Assembly (NCBI GenBank): GCA_017471465.1 | Contig: JAFUTI010000017.1 | Span: forward strand, 7,996-71,995 | DNA: 64,000 bases | Origin: Prevotella sp. | Lineage (GTDB): Bacteria > Bacteroidota > Bacteroidia > Bacteroidales > Bacteroidaceae | Direction: 5' to 3' | Part shown: in pieces, positions 29,326 to 38,833 of the stretch | Position numbering within the stretch: the stretch's first letter is position 1 | Layout: the number at the start of each line of letters is the position of its first letter | Translations under genes and position numbers: made by a program | Notes under the pieces: model-generated | Database searches by the model: none | Told to the model about the DNA's origin: nothing | Seen by the model: only the letters and a program-made list of their open reading frames with translations

Positions 29326-31340
29326 TAACCAAAAGAACAATGATTATGACGGCACTGACCACCTTAGCGGTGGCCAGTGCCTATGCTTTAGACACGAAGA
29401 TTGTCAGTCCTAACGGTCAGATTGCCGTTGCTATCACCGACGAGGGAGGACGCCCCATGTATCAGGTGGAACGCTCCGGCCAGACGGTGCTGATGCCGTC
29501 GCCTTTAGGTGTGAAGCTGAACTTCGCCGACCTCACCGAAGGTGTTAAGATGCAGGACTACAACGTGACACCCGTCAGCGACACGTATGAGCTGAAGACC
29601 ATCAAGCAGAGTCACGTCACCTACGAGGCCAACGAAGGTGTTTGCCAGTTTGCCAAGAACGGCTGGCACGCTATGGACGTCATCATCCGCGTCAGTAACC
29701 GTGACATTGCCATCCGTTATAAGCTCTATCCCAAGAAGGTGCGCAATGACGAGACCCGTGTGGCCGTCGTACAGAGCGAGGCCACGGGCTTCGTGCTGCC
29801 CGACGGTACGCTGACCTATCTCTGTCCGCAGTCGAAACCGATGGGTGGCTTTGCACGTACATCGCCCAGCTATGAGACCAGCTACACCCTCGACGAGCCG
29901 GCAGGCAAGAACGGCTGGGGCGAGGGCTACACCTTCCCCTGCTTGTTCAAGACCCCCCTGTTGTCCCCCGAGGGGGACACAAAAGCCTCCCCTCGGGGAG
30001 GTTCAGAGGGGGTTCTGTGGGTGCTCATCAGCGAGACAGGCACCGACGGCAACTATGTCGGCTGCCGGCTGCTGAATGCCGGTGGCACAAACTACAGCAT
30101 CGGTTTCCCGCAGCAGGGCGAGATGAACGGACAAGGCACCGTGACGGCTGCCGTCTCGCTGCCCTGTGAGACACCTTGGCGCACCATCACCCTCGGTTCC
30201 TCGTTGCAGAACATCGTGGAGACCACCGTGGCGTGGGATGTCGTCAAGCCTAAGTATAAGGCATCGAAGAACTATACATACGGAGCCGGCTCCTGGTCGT
30301 GGATTATCGGTATGGACAGCAGCTGCAACTTCGACGAGCAGAAACGCTATATCGACTTCTCGGCAGCCATGGGCTACCGCTCGGTGCTCATCGATGCCTT
30401 CTGGGACCGCCAGATAGGCTATGAGCGTATGGCCGAACTGGCACGCTATGGCAAGAGCAAGGGTGTAGGAATCTTCCTCTGGTACAACTCCAACGGTTCG
30501 TGGAACGATGCCCCGCAGACGCCAATAGGACGCATGGACCGCCCGGCTGTACGCCGCCAGGAGATGAAGTGGATGCACGACACGGGCATCCTCGGCATCA
30601 AGGTCGACTTCTTCGGTGGCGACAAGCAGCCGATGATGCAACTCTATGAAGACATCCTCACCGATGCCAACGACTTCGGCCTGCAGGTCATCTTCCATGG
30701 TTGCACCCTGCCAAGAGGGTGGGAGCGTATGTACCCCAACTACGTAGCCTCCGAGGCCGTGCTGGCCAGCGAGAATCTCCATTTCGGACAGGGTGCCTGC
30801 GATGCCGAGGCCCGCAACGCCTGTATCCACCCCTTCGTCCGCAACACCGTCGGCTCGATGGACTTTGGCGGTTCGACGCTCAACAAATATTATAATGCCG
30901 ATAACGCCCACGGCACCGTGCGCCGCACCAGCGACGTCTATGCTCTGGCTGCTGCCGTGCTCTTCCAGTCGAGCGTGCAGCACTTCGCCCTGGCTCCCAA
31001 CAACCTGACCGACGCTCCGGCTTGGGCTGTCGACTTCATGAAGGATGTTCCAACGACATGGGACGAGGTGCGCTTCATCGACGGCTACCCCGGCAAGTAT
31101 GTCATCCTGGCCCGCCGCTCTGGCGACAAGTGGTACGTGGTTGGTGCCAACGCCGAGAAGGCTCCGCTGAAGAAGACCATCGCGCTGCCGATGTTCGGAA
31201 AGGGTACCCAGATGGACGTCTACAGCGACGATGCCCAGCTGCAGGGAAGTGTGAAGCAGGTAATACAGAACAAGAAACAACAGCTGACGGTGGTCATCCC
31301 GCAGAACGGGGGCCTCGTCATCAAAAACAAACAGCGATGA
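29322..31340 (+). CDS. GH97 glycoside hydrolase
   Basis: IVSPNGQI, TPWRTI, YIDFSAAMG, GIKVDFF, FHGCTLPRGWERMYPN, GSMDF and VPTTWDEVRFIDGYPGKYVILARR. ATGA overlaps with both neighbours. Confidence 0.93.
   Translation: MITKRTMIMTALTTLAVASAYALDTKIVSPNGQIAVAITDEGGRPMYQVERSGQTVLMPSPLGVKLNFADLTEGVKMQDYNVTPVSDTYELKTIKQSHVTYEANEGVCQFAKNGWHAMDVIIRVSNRDIAIRYKLYPKKVRNDETRVAVVQSEATGFVLPDGTLTYLCPQSKPMGGFARTSPSYETSYTLDEPAGKNGWGEGYTFPCLFKTPLLSPEGDTKASPRGGSEGVLWVLISETGTDGNYVGCRLLNAGGTNYSIGFPQQGEMNGQGTVTAAVSLPCETPWRTITLGSSLQNIVETTVAWDVVKPKYKASKNYTYGAGSWSWIIGMDSSCNFDEQKRYIDFSAAMGYRSVLIDAFWDRQIGYERMAELARYGKSKGVGIFLWYNSNGSWNDAPQTPIGRMDRPAVRRQEMKWMHDTGILGIKVDFFGGDKQPMMQLYEDILTDANDFGLQVIFHGCTLPRGWERMYPNYVASEAVLASENLHFGQGACDAEARNACIHPFVRNTVGSMDFGGSTLNKYYNADNAHGTVRRTSDVYALAAAVLFQSSVQHFALAPNNLTDAPAWAVDFMKDVPTTWDEVRFIDGYPGKYVILARRSGDKWYVVGANAEKAPLKKTIALPMFGKGTQMDVYSDDAQLQGSVKQVIQNKKQQLTVVIPQNGGLVIKNKQR
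29952..30013. repeat. GC-rich palindromic (REP-like) element inserted in frame in GH97
   Basis: Two perfect hairpins, tgtccccc-ga-gggggaca and cctcccc-tc-ggggagg, enclosed by acccccctg / cagagggggt. Confidence 0.75.
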
Positions 31341-34288
31341 GAAAGCAACTATTCATGACTCTTCTGGCTGCTGCCACGACGGCAGTGGCTCAGAACCCGT
31401 TTGTGCAGACGTGGTTCACCAGCGACCCTGCACCGATGGTACACAACGGCACGATGTACGTCTACACCGGCCATGACGAGGACAACGCCGACTTCTTCTG
31501 GATGCAGGAGTGGCGAGTCTATTCTACAAAGGACATGGTCAACTGGCAGGACCACGGCTCACCCTTAGCCTTGGAGTCGTTCCGCTGGGCCGACGACCGT
31601 GCGTGGGCCTCACAGACCATTGAGCGTAATGGTAAGTTCTACTGGTACATCTGTGCCCACTCCAAGATTTCTGGCGGCATGGCTATCGGCGTCGCCGTCA
31701 GCGACTCGCCCACTGGTCCGTTTCGCGACGCCATTGGCAAACCGCTGTTCGAGAACGGTTCGTGGGACCATATCGACCCGACGGTGATGATCGACGACGA
31801 CGGCCAGGCGTGGCTGATGTGGGGCAACCCGCAGTGCTACTACCTGAAGCTGAACGAGGATATGATCTCGTACAGCGGCGAGTTGGGCAAGCTCGATATG
31901 ACGGAAGAAGCCTTCGGCGGTCCCATCATGAGCAAGCGCGAGAAGGGAAAGAAATACAAGGACAGCTACGTGGAAGGCCCGTGGCTGATGAAAGCCCCCG
32001 ATATGTCGAGGTACGGGGTGCGAGGTACGAGGTACGAGAATAGTTCAAAGGCTAAAGGTAATCTCGCATCTCGCACCTCGAACCTCGAATCTCGAAAATA
32101 CTATCTGCTCTACGCTGCCGGCGGCGTGCCCGAGCACATCAGCTACAGCACCGCTCCGCATCCTACGGGGCCGTGGACGTATGCCGGCGAGATTATGCCG
32201 CTCAGCGACACGAAGTCGTTTACCAACCACTGTGGTGTGGCCGACTTCAACGGCCACAGCTACTTCTTCTACCACACCGGCAAACTGCCCGGTGGCGGTG
32301 GCTTCGGCCGTAGCGTGGCCGTCGAGGAGTTCCAGTATAACAAGGACGGCAGCTTCCCCACCATCCTGCCTACCGACGAGGGCGTGAAGCCTATCGCGAC
32401 GTTCGACCCCTACCGCCGTGTGGAGGCCGAGACGATGGCCTTCTCCCGAGGCGTGAAGACTGAGCAGCAGACTACGCCAGGTGTAGGCAACGGCTTGCAG
32501 GTGTATGTCAGCGACATTCATAACGGCGACTATATCAAGCTGCAGAACGTGGCCTTCGGCAAGAAGACACCACGGACGTTCAAGGCCCGTGTGGCCAGCG
32601 GACTACGTGGCGGACAGATAGAGATACGTCTCGACAGTCTGAAGGGACGGCTCCTCGGTACGGTGAACGTGCCGGCAACGGGAGGCTGGCTGAACTGGCA
32701 GACGGTGAATCTCGACCTGGACTACTCTACGCTGACCGACATCGATGCACCCACACGCACGCTGGCAGGCCTGAACCTGCCGGCAACAGCCGACCTCTAC
32801 TTCGTCTTCAAGGGACGCAAGGGTCCGAAGCTCTTCAACTTCGACTGGTGGGAGATGCAGGGTCTGGAGCAGGTGAACATGCCGCTCTTCCAGACGAAGT
32901 ACACCGCCGACCCCTCGCCGCTGGTTGTCGGCGACACCTTATTCTTATATACGTCGCACGACGCTTCGCCCGAGGACATCCCCGATGCCAACGAGAAAAA
33001 CTCCGCCGGCTTCTTTATGTACGACTGGCTGCTGTGGTCGACGACCGACATGGTGAACTGGACGGAGCACGGGGCCGTTGCCTCGCTGAAGGACTTCAGT
33101 TGGCGCTCGCGCGACAACGGCGCCTGGGCCATACAGACCGTAGAGCGCAATGGCAAGTACTATCTCTACGCCCCGCTCCACGGCCACGGCATTGGCGTCT
33201 TGGTGGCTGACTCGCCCTACGGACCCTTCAAAGACCCCCTCGGCAAGCCGCTAGTATGGCAGAAAGAACACTGGGACGACATCGACCCAAGCGTCTTTAC
33301 CGATGCCGACGGTCAGGCCTATATGTACTGGGGTAATCCCCATGTCTATTGTGTGAAGCTCAACGAGGATATGATCTCTACTGAGGGCGACATTCTCGTT
33401 CTTAATCAGCAGGACGGTGTCATGCGTCCCGTCAAGGAAGAGGGCTCCAAGATCAACCTCCGTGTACCCTGGAGTGAGAAGGCCACTTGGGCTGTTCAGC
33501 ACTACCAGGAGGGACCGTGGTCCTACAAGCGCAACGGCCACTATTATCTCGGCTTTGCCTCAACCTGCTGTCCAGAGGCTCTGGGCTACGCCATGAGCGA
33601 CTCGCCCACCGGTCCCTGGGTGGAAAAGGGCTACATCATGCGTCCCACCGAGCGCGACCGCGGCAACCATCCGGGCATCTGCGACTTTCAGGGTCACAGC
33701 TATGTCTTCGGTCAGGACTACGACCTGATGCACCTGGAGACTTTTGTGCATCACGAGCGTCGCTCCGTCAGTGCTTCGGAGATAACTTACAATGCCGACG
33801 GAACCATTCAGGAGATTCCCTACTGGCTTGACCAGAAGCCGCTGCAGCAGCTCCACTGGCTCAATCCCTACCGTCGTGTGGAGGCCGAGACCATGAACTG
33901 GGGCTTCGGCCTGAAGTCGGCCAAGATGGGCATCGAGAACACCGGCGTGGTGAAGGACATGCCGGCCTCGACGGGCAGGAAGAATATGTACGTCTTCGAC
34001 CTCAACGACGGCGAGTATATCCGCCTGCGCGGTGTCGACTTCGGCAGTAAGGGTGCCCGCCAGTTTGCCATCACCGCCGCCGCCACCGGCACGGCCACCG
34101 TCACGCTGCGGCTGAACAGCCAGGACGGTCCCGTCATCGGCACGGCCGTCGTCAGCAGCACCGGCTCAGCCGACCGCTACCGCCAGTTCACCGCCAAGGT
34201 GAAGGGAGCCACTGGTGTCCACGACCTCTATCTCTGCTTCGACCGCTGCCAGGGCGACGTCCGTCTCGACTACTGGCAGTTCAAATAG
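31337..34288 (+). CDS. Tandem GH43-CBM6-GH43-CBM6 xylosidase/arabinofuranosidase
   Basis: The true start is ATG 31337 (MRKQLF.. signal peptide), not 31022. Two GH43 modules (SDPAP/ADPSP, WAS/WAI, IDP, EGPW) are each followed by RRVEAET..GDYI/GEYI CBM6. Confidence 0.9.
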   Translation: MRKQLFMTLLAAATTAVAQNPFVQTWFTSDPAPMVHNGTMYVYTGHDEDNADFFWMQEWRVYSTKDMVNWQDHGSPLALESFRWADDRAWASQTIERNGKFYWYICAHSKISGGMAIGVAVSDSPTGPFRDAIGKPLFENGSWDHIDPTVMIDDDGQAWLMWGNPQCYYLKLNEDMISYSGELGKLDMTEEAFGGPIMSKREKGKKYKDSYVEGPWLMKAPDMSRYGVRGTRYENSSKAKGNLASRTSNLESRKYYLLYAAGGVPEHISYSTAPHPTGPWTYAGEIMPLSDTKSFTNHCGVADFNGHSYFFYHTGKLPGGGGFGRSVAVEEFQYNKDGSFPTILPTDEGVKPIATFDPYRRVEAETMAFSRGVKTEQQTTPGVGNGLQVYVSDIHNGDYIKLQNVAFGKKTPRTFKARVASGLRGGQIEIRLDSLKGRLLGTVNVPATGGWLNWQTVNLDLDYSTLTDIDAPTRTLAGLNLPATADLYFVFKGRKGPKLFNFDWWEMQGLEQVNMPLFQTKYTADPSPLVVGDTLFLYTSHDASPEDIPDANEKNSAGFFMYDWLLWSTTDMVNWTEHGAVASLKDFSWRSRDNGAWAIQTVERNGKYYLYAPLHGHGIGVLVADSPYGPFKDPLGKPLVWQKEHWDDIDPSVFTDADGQAYMYWGNPHVYCVKLNEDMISTEGDILVLNQQDGVMRPVKEEGSKINLRVPWSEKATWAVQHYQEGPWSYKRNGHYYLGFASTCCPEALGYAMSDSPTGPWVEKGYIMRPTERDRGNHPGICDFQGHSYVFGQDYDLMHLETFVHHERRSVSASEITYNADGTIQEIPYWLDQKPLQQLHWLNPYRRVEAETMNWGFGLKSAKMGIENTGVVKDMPASTGRKNMYVFDLNDGEYIRLRGVDFGSKGARQFAITAAATGTATVTLRLNSQDGPVIGTAVVSSTGSADRYRQFTAKVKGATGVHDLYLCFDRCQGDVRLDYWQFK
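32007..32095. repeat. Inverted heptamer-array element inserted in frame in GH43
   Basis: Five CGAGGTA-like units (32007-32041), a 19-nt spacer, then five AYCTCGM units (32061-32095) in opposite orientation. Confidence 0.8.
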
Positions 34289-34291
34289 CGC

Positions 34292-34334
34292 AAAAATCAC
34301 ACAAAGGGTCTGACCCTTTGTGTGATTTTTTTTT
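34292..34334 (+). terminator. Bidirectional-type terminator hairpin
   Basis: Perfect 19-bp inverted repeat aaaaatcacacaaagggtc-t-gaccctttgtgtgattttt with an extended T run. Confidence 0.85.
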
Positions 34335-34338
34335 GTTG

Positions 34339-34609
34339 TTTTGTTGTCACTTTCTGTCTAACTGATTGGGATTCAGCTAATTACGGAGTGACGACAAATG
34401 GTTGTGTGACGACACCCAGACGGGCTACTTTAACATTCAAACATGCCGGCCGCTCGTAAAAATATGCCGGCCGCTCGTAAAAAAAAATAGGCACAAGAGA
34501 AAATTCTTGCGGCGCGAAATATATCACTGCATTTTGTCGTCACGAAACATTTTGTCGTCACTCTGTAACCAATTCTTTATCAGGCAGATAGGAGGGAGTG
34601 ACGACAAAA
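34339..34609. mobile_element. MITE-like non-coding element with ~75-bp imperfect terminal inverted repeats
   Basis: Six GTGACGACA(AAA)-type motifs arranged symmetrically, left and right ends mutually reverse-complementary, and an internal 20-bp direct repeat (34443-34462 / 34464-34483). No transposase is present. Confidence 0.5.
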
Positions 34610-34621
34610 CGGCATTTTTCT

Positions 34622-34663
34622 AAAAAGGACACAAAAGGGGTTTGACCCAATTGTGTCCTTTTT
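34622..34663 (-). terminator. Terminator hairpin for the GH51 operon
   Basis: aaaaaggacacaa..ttgtgtccttttt immediately after the GH51 stop codon. Confidence 0.75.
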
Positions 34664-34666
34664 GAT

Positions 34667-36703
34667 TTACAGACTGTATTCCAGCATCACCATCGAGTAG
34701 GGGTCCAAGTCGAGGCTGAACTTCTTCTTGGCCTTCAGCTGCTCCGTCTTCGGGGCGATGGGCTGCTGGTCGTAGTTGTTCTCGTCATTGGGAGAACCGG
34801 TGAGCACGGTCTTCGTTGCCAGCTTCTTCAGCGAGAAGCGGCTCAGGTTGATGTCGGCCTTCTTGGCGTCGGCACCGGCGTTGACGAGCTTGACATAGAG
34901 CCGGCGCGTCTTGGCATTGAGGATGACGGACTGGCCGTAGGTGCTCTTCTCGACGGGCTGTATGGCGCCGGCGGCGTCGCCATCGAAGGTGACGCAGTCG
35001 GCGTAGTAGTACTGGCCTGCTGACTGTCCGAACATCTGCTGGACGTAGTAGCTACAGGTGAGGTAGGGCCGCTCGTTGTCGAAGTAGATGAGGTCGGGAT
35101 TCCAGTTGGTGGCGTTCTTGCGGGCGAAGAGCGGTGCATACGAGGTCATGCAGACGACATCGCCGTTGCGCTCGACGTGGAGCAGGTAGAGACCCTCAGC
35201 CAGGGCGTCGATGAGCTTCTTGTCCTTGGCGGCATACTCGCCGAGGTAGACCTTTGTCTTGCGTTCGCGTGGGTACTTGTCGTACTGTCGCGAGTTGAGG
35301 AAGTAGTCGTTCTTCTCGTAGTAGTGCTCGTCGATGATGGGCATGCCCAGCTCCTCGGCCAGCTTCCAGCCGTTCTCGAAGTCGGGATTGCCGGGATGCG
35401 AGCCGGGGCCGGCGGTGCCTACGATGACAATCTCGGGATGAGCCTTTGTCACCTTATCGTATACATACTTGAAGCGCTCGACGAACTCCGGCGAGATCTT
35501 CTCCTCGTTGCCCAGACCCAGGTACTTCAGTCCGAAGGGCGCGGGGTGGCCTTGGTCGGCACGCATCTTCGCCCACTTCGAGGTGGCGGGGTCGCCGTTG
35601 GCCCATTCGATGAGGTCGAGGGCGTCCTGTACCCACTCGTCCATCTCAGACATCGGGGCCACGTCCTGAGCCTGCTTCGGCCACATGTTCCAGCCGCCGT
35701 TCGTCCCCTGACAGCTGACGCCACAGGGCAGGATGGGTACGGGCTGCATACCGAGGTCCTCGCAGAACTGGAAATACTCATAGTAGCCCAAGCCCATCGA
35801 CTGGTGGTAGCCCCATGTGTTCTTCTGCTGAACACGCTGGTGGCGCGGGCCGATAGTGTTCTTCCAGCGATAGGTGTTCCAGAAACCGTCGCCGCCGCCG
35901 TGGACGACACAGCCGCCGGGGAAGCGCATGAACTTCGGGTGCAGGTCGGCCAGGGCCTGTGCCAGGTCTTTTCTTAATCCGTGTCCCTTGTAGGTGTCCT
36001 GTGGCATGAGCGACACGTCGTCGAGCCAGACGTCACCCTCGTTGAGCACCAGCAGTTGCAGGGCAGCCTTCTGACAGGTGGTGTCGGGAGTGAGTGTGGC
36101 TTTATACTCCTTCCAGTCGTTCATGCCGTTGCCGGTGATGTCGACGATGGCGTCGGCCAGCAGTTTCGGGTCCTTGCCCCAGCCCTGCGGCTCTACCAGT
36201 GCCACGCGCACCTGCTTGGCACCGCCGGCGTTGGCCAAACGCATGGAGAAGTCGTACTTCGCACCGGCCTTGACGCTTATGCCGTCGAAGCCGTTATTCT
36301 GCAGGCCGAAGCCCCTCCAGCCTTTGTAGTCGTAGAACTCACGGGCACGCTCCACGTGCAGGCGCATCATGGTGTTGCTGTTGTAGGGAGCGGTAAAACT
36401 CTTGTCGGCCTTGCTGATGGTGACAGGCTGTATGTAGCCCAGCGAGTGTCCGGGACGGATGGTTGTCCAAGCAGTGCCGGGTCCCCAGCCGTCGCGCTCG
36501 GCTGGGCTGAACTCGAAGGAGCCGTTCTGTAGCAGTTCGGCGAAGAGACCGCCGTCGGCACTCGACGAGATGTCCTCGAAGAAGATACCGATGAGTTCGT
36601 CACTGATGGCCTTGCCGCCTTGTGGGGCGGTCATGGGCTTCTGGGCGTTGAGTCCCAGGGTGGCTGCCGCAAGGAGGGCAGCGAGTGTTGTTCGTTTAAT
36701 CAT
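34667..36703 (-). CDS. GH51 alpha-L-arabinofuranosidase
   Basis: GIFFEDI..DGGLFAELLQNGSFE, FMRFPGGC, GLGNEE, DEHYY, YLGEYA, ERNGDVVCMTSYAPL. Confidence 0.95.
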   Translation of the reverse strand: MIKRTTLAALLAAATLGLNAQKPMTAPQGGKAISDELIGIFFEDISSSADGGLFAELLQNGSFEFSPAERDGWGPGTAWTTIRPGHSLGYIQPVTISKADKSFTAPYNSNTMMRLHVERAREFYDYKGWRGFGLQNNGFDGISVKAGAKYDFSMRLANAGGAKQVRVALVEPQGWGKDPKLLADAIVDITGNGMNDWKEYKATLTPDTTCQKAALQLLVLNEGDVWLDDVSLMPQDTYKGHGLRKDLAQALADLHPKFMRFPGGCVVHGGGDGFWNTYRWKNTIGPRHQRVQQKNTWGYHQSMGLGYYEYFQFCEDLGMQPVPILPCGVSCQGTNGGWNMWPKQAQDVAPMSEMDEWVQDALDLIEWANGDPATSKWAKMRADQGHPAPFGLKYLGLGNEEKISPEFVERFKYVYDKVTKAHPEIVIVGTAGPGSHPGNPDFENGWKLAEELGMPIIDEHYYEKNDYFLNSRQYDKYPRERKTKVYLGEYAAKDKKLIDALAEGLYLLHVERNGDVVCMTSYAPLFARKNATNWNPDLIYFDNERPYLTCSYYVQQMFGQSAGQYYYADCVTFDGDAAGAIQPVEKSTYGQSVILNAKTRRLYVKLVNAGADAKKADINLSRFSLKKLATKTVLTGSPNDENNYDQQPIAPKTEQLKAKKKFSLDLDPYSMVMLEYSL

Positions 36704-36734
36704 TGTTGCTATTGAAGTTAAATTTGATATTCAT

Positions 36735-38639
36735 TTATGGCTGGTCGAATCCGCCGCCGAATCCGCCGCCGAATCCGCCAAAGGAGGGTGCCGGCTCCTT
36801 ACCTATCTCTATGAGAAGACGGAAGAGGGCACGGCGGCGCTGGGGCCACGTCGGGTAGTCGTCGGCCCGCAGGGTCCTGATCTTGAAACCCGGCATCTGT
36901 GGCATCTGGCTCTGCTGCATGAACTCGAGGTTGCTGGTGGTGATGACGCAGGGTTTGGTCTTGCCGTCGGCCAGCAGGCGGTCGGTGATGGCATCGGCGC
37001 CGCCCAGCTTGAACCAGCTCTCCATCGTGTCGTTCTCGCCGGGAACGAGCTGTATGAAGGCAGGGATGGTGGGCGTCGGTGGCAGGGGCGACATGTACCA
37101 GGCTTCCTGGCGCTCAACGTCGTATCCTGTGCGTCCGTGCTTGATGTCGCCCATCGAGGCGAAGTTGAAGGGTGAGCGCGGGTTGTCGGCGATGCTGTAC
37201 TTAAACCCTTTGTCGGGCGACAGCAGCATGTTGTTGGGGTCGGCCACGGGTGTGCCGTCGGCGACGAAGCAGTATCTGAACGTCTCGAAGAGATAGTCGC
37301 TCATCGTCAGGGTCCATACACCGTCAGAGTCGCGCACCATCGTCTGGCGCTCGTCGGGCAGCATCTCGCACCACAGCTCCACCTGGTTAGCCTCGGGAGC
37401 CTTCAGCCGGAAGGTGATACCCTTCTCGCCATACTCCGGTGAGATGATGGGGCGCGGGAACAGGCGGGTCATGACGCCAGGCGTGAACTGCTGCTCACGG
37501 CCAGTGGCGACTGGTGCCGGCTGTGCCCCCTTCATAGCGTTCTCGGCAGCCTTCTTGTTAAACAGCAGCGGCAGCGTCTTGGCCAGGAAGTACTTGGCGT
37601 TCATCCAGGTATGTCCGAACTTGTCTGTCGTGAACTCCTTGACGCTGCGGATGCCCTTCTTGTCGAGGAACTCCATGTAGTCGCGGGCGTTGCCGTAGAG
37701 GAAGTCGTCGGTGCCGACACCCAGCCAGAAGAGGTGTATCTTCTTGTTCGTCTCAGCAGCGTTGTCATAGACGCCGGCAATGTCGGTCGACGTAAACGAG
37801 CTGTAGGAACAGAGGTAGGAGAACTTGTCGAGGTTGGTCAGACCGTTGTAAAGTGCCTGGTTGCCGCCGCGTGAGAAACCGCCGATGGCACGGTGGTTGT
37901 GGTCGGCTTTCGTGCGGTAGTTGCTGTCGATGTAGGGCAGCAGGTCGTTGATGAGGTCACGGCTGAAGACGTCGCCGCCGAACTTTGTCTGTGGCTGACT
38001 GTCGGCCGGTGGCGTGGGCAGCAGCTTTGCCGGGTTGCCGTACGGCAGTACGACAATCATCTCGCTGGCCTGCTTGTCGGCGATGAGGTTGTCGAGGATG
38101 TAGTTGACGCGTCCCACTTTGTAGTAGACCTCCTCGGTATCTGTGGTGCCGCTGATGAGGTAGAAGACGGGGTAGCGCTTCTGCTGGTCCTCCATGTAGC
38201 GTGGTGGCAGATAGACCACCGCCTGGTTGGTGGCTCCCAGACTCTTGGAATAGTAGTGGATATACTCCAGCCGGCCGTGGGCCACGTTGCGGATGTCGTG
38301 GGGCAGGCTGCCGTTCTGGGAGGGTATCTCCAGAAGGCTGTTTTTGAAGCCCTCGTTGGGGAAGAACTGTGGGTTCTCAGGGTCCATGACGCTGAGACCG
38401 TCGACGATGAAGTGGTAAGGGTAGAGGTCGGGTGCTGCCGGACCGAGGGTGACGGTCCATGTGCCGTCGGCATCGCGCTTCATCTCTTTGCGTCCACAGA
38501 ACTGCACGTCGACCTGTACGTTTCTGGCCGAGTCGTTCTTGTAACGGAAGGTCACCGTCCCGTCGCCATGTGGGCTGGGTTGCGCTGCAGCTGCTGTTGC
38601 GCAGAGGATACCCGTCAAGTAAAGGAATAGTCTTTTCAT
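36735..38639 (-). CDS. CE1-type esterase with CBM48-like domains and a degenerate second module
   Basis: DGTVTFRY..GTWTVT..YHFIVDG (CBM48-like), VYLPP, RAIGGFSRGG nucleophile elbow and GHTW. A second ITFRLKAPEA module follows without an intact esterase. Confidence 0.85.
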   Translation of the reverse strand: MKRLFLYLTGILCATAAAAQPSPHGDGTVTFRYKNDSARNVQVDVQFCGRKEMKRDADGTWTVTLGPAAPDLYPYHFIVDGLSVMDPENPQFFPNEGFKNSLLEIPSQNGSLPHDIRNVAHGRLEYIHYYSKSLGATNQAVVYLPPRYMEDQQKRYPVFYLISGTTDTEEVYYKVGRVNYILDNLIADKQASEMIVVLPYGNPAKLLPTPPADSQPQTKFGGDVFSRDLINDLLPYIDSNYRTKADHNHRAIGGFSRGGNQALYNGLTNLDKFSYLCSYSSFTSTDIAGVYDNAAETNKKIHLFWLGVGTDDFLYGNARDYMEFLDKKGIRSVKEFTTDKFGHTWMNAKYFLAKTLPLLFNKKAAENAMKGAQPAPVATGREQQFTPGVMTRLFPRPIISPEYGEKGITFRLKAPEANQVELWCEMLPDERQTMVRDSDGVWTLTMSDYLFETFRYCFVADGTPVADPNNMLLSPDKGFKYSIADNPRSPFNFASMGDIKHGRTGYDVERQEAWYMSPLPPTPTIPAFIQLVPGENDTMESWFKLGGADAITDRLLADGKTKPCVITTSNLEFMQQSQMPQMPGFKIRTLRADDYPTWPQRRRALFRLLIEIGKEPAPSFGGFGGGFGGGFDQP

Positions 38640-38673
38640 TGTCAGTAGTATTAAAAAAGTTTCTTTCTGTGAG

Positions 38674-38681
38674 CAAATTTA
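38674..38681 (-). promoter_or_regulatory. -7 promoter box for the esterase-GH51 operon
   Basis: TAAATTTG on the minus strand, 34 nt upstream of the ATG. Confidence 0.6.
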
Positions 38682-38740
38682 GTAAAAAAAACGTTATGTT
38701 GTGTATTTGCTTAATGTTTTTTTTGTATTCTTGCCTGATT

Positions 38741-38806
38741 TGTAACAAGAAGGAAAGAATATGAAACGACAGCAGACGACCTTTTGACTATTCTTTCGTA
38801 ATTTTG
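38741..38806 (+). promoter_or_regulatory. Operator plus -7 promoter
   Basis: TGTAACA-N14-TGAAACG (38741-38768), 30 nt spacer, TAATTTTG (38799-38806). Confidence 0.75.
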
Positions 38807-38833
38807 CACACAACGTCAAAACAAAAAGAACCA

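Noticed and set aside
31022-31336. 105-aa N-terminal extension of the GH43-CBM6 ORF
   Set aside because: It overlaps GH97 in another frame. The signal peptide starts at ATG 31337, coupled to the GH97 stop by ATGA.
34339-34609. Possible CRISPR array or 73-aa ORF (34402-34623)
   Set aside because: The repeats are short, in both orientations and irregularly spaced, with no cas genes nearby. The ORF has no credible start or coding character.
38682-38742. Minus-strand operator for the esterase-GH51 operon
   Set aside because: The best match (CAAATCA-N14-AAAAACA, 33-nt offset) is too degenerate in AT-rich DNA.
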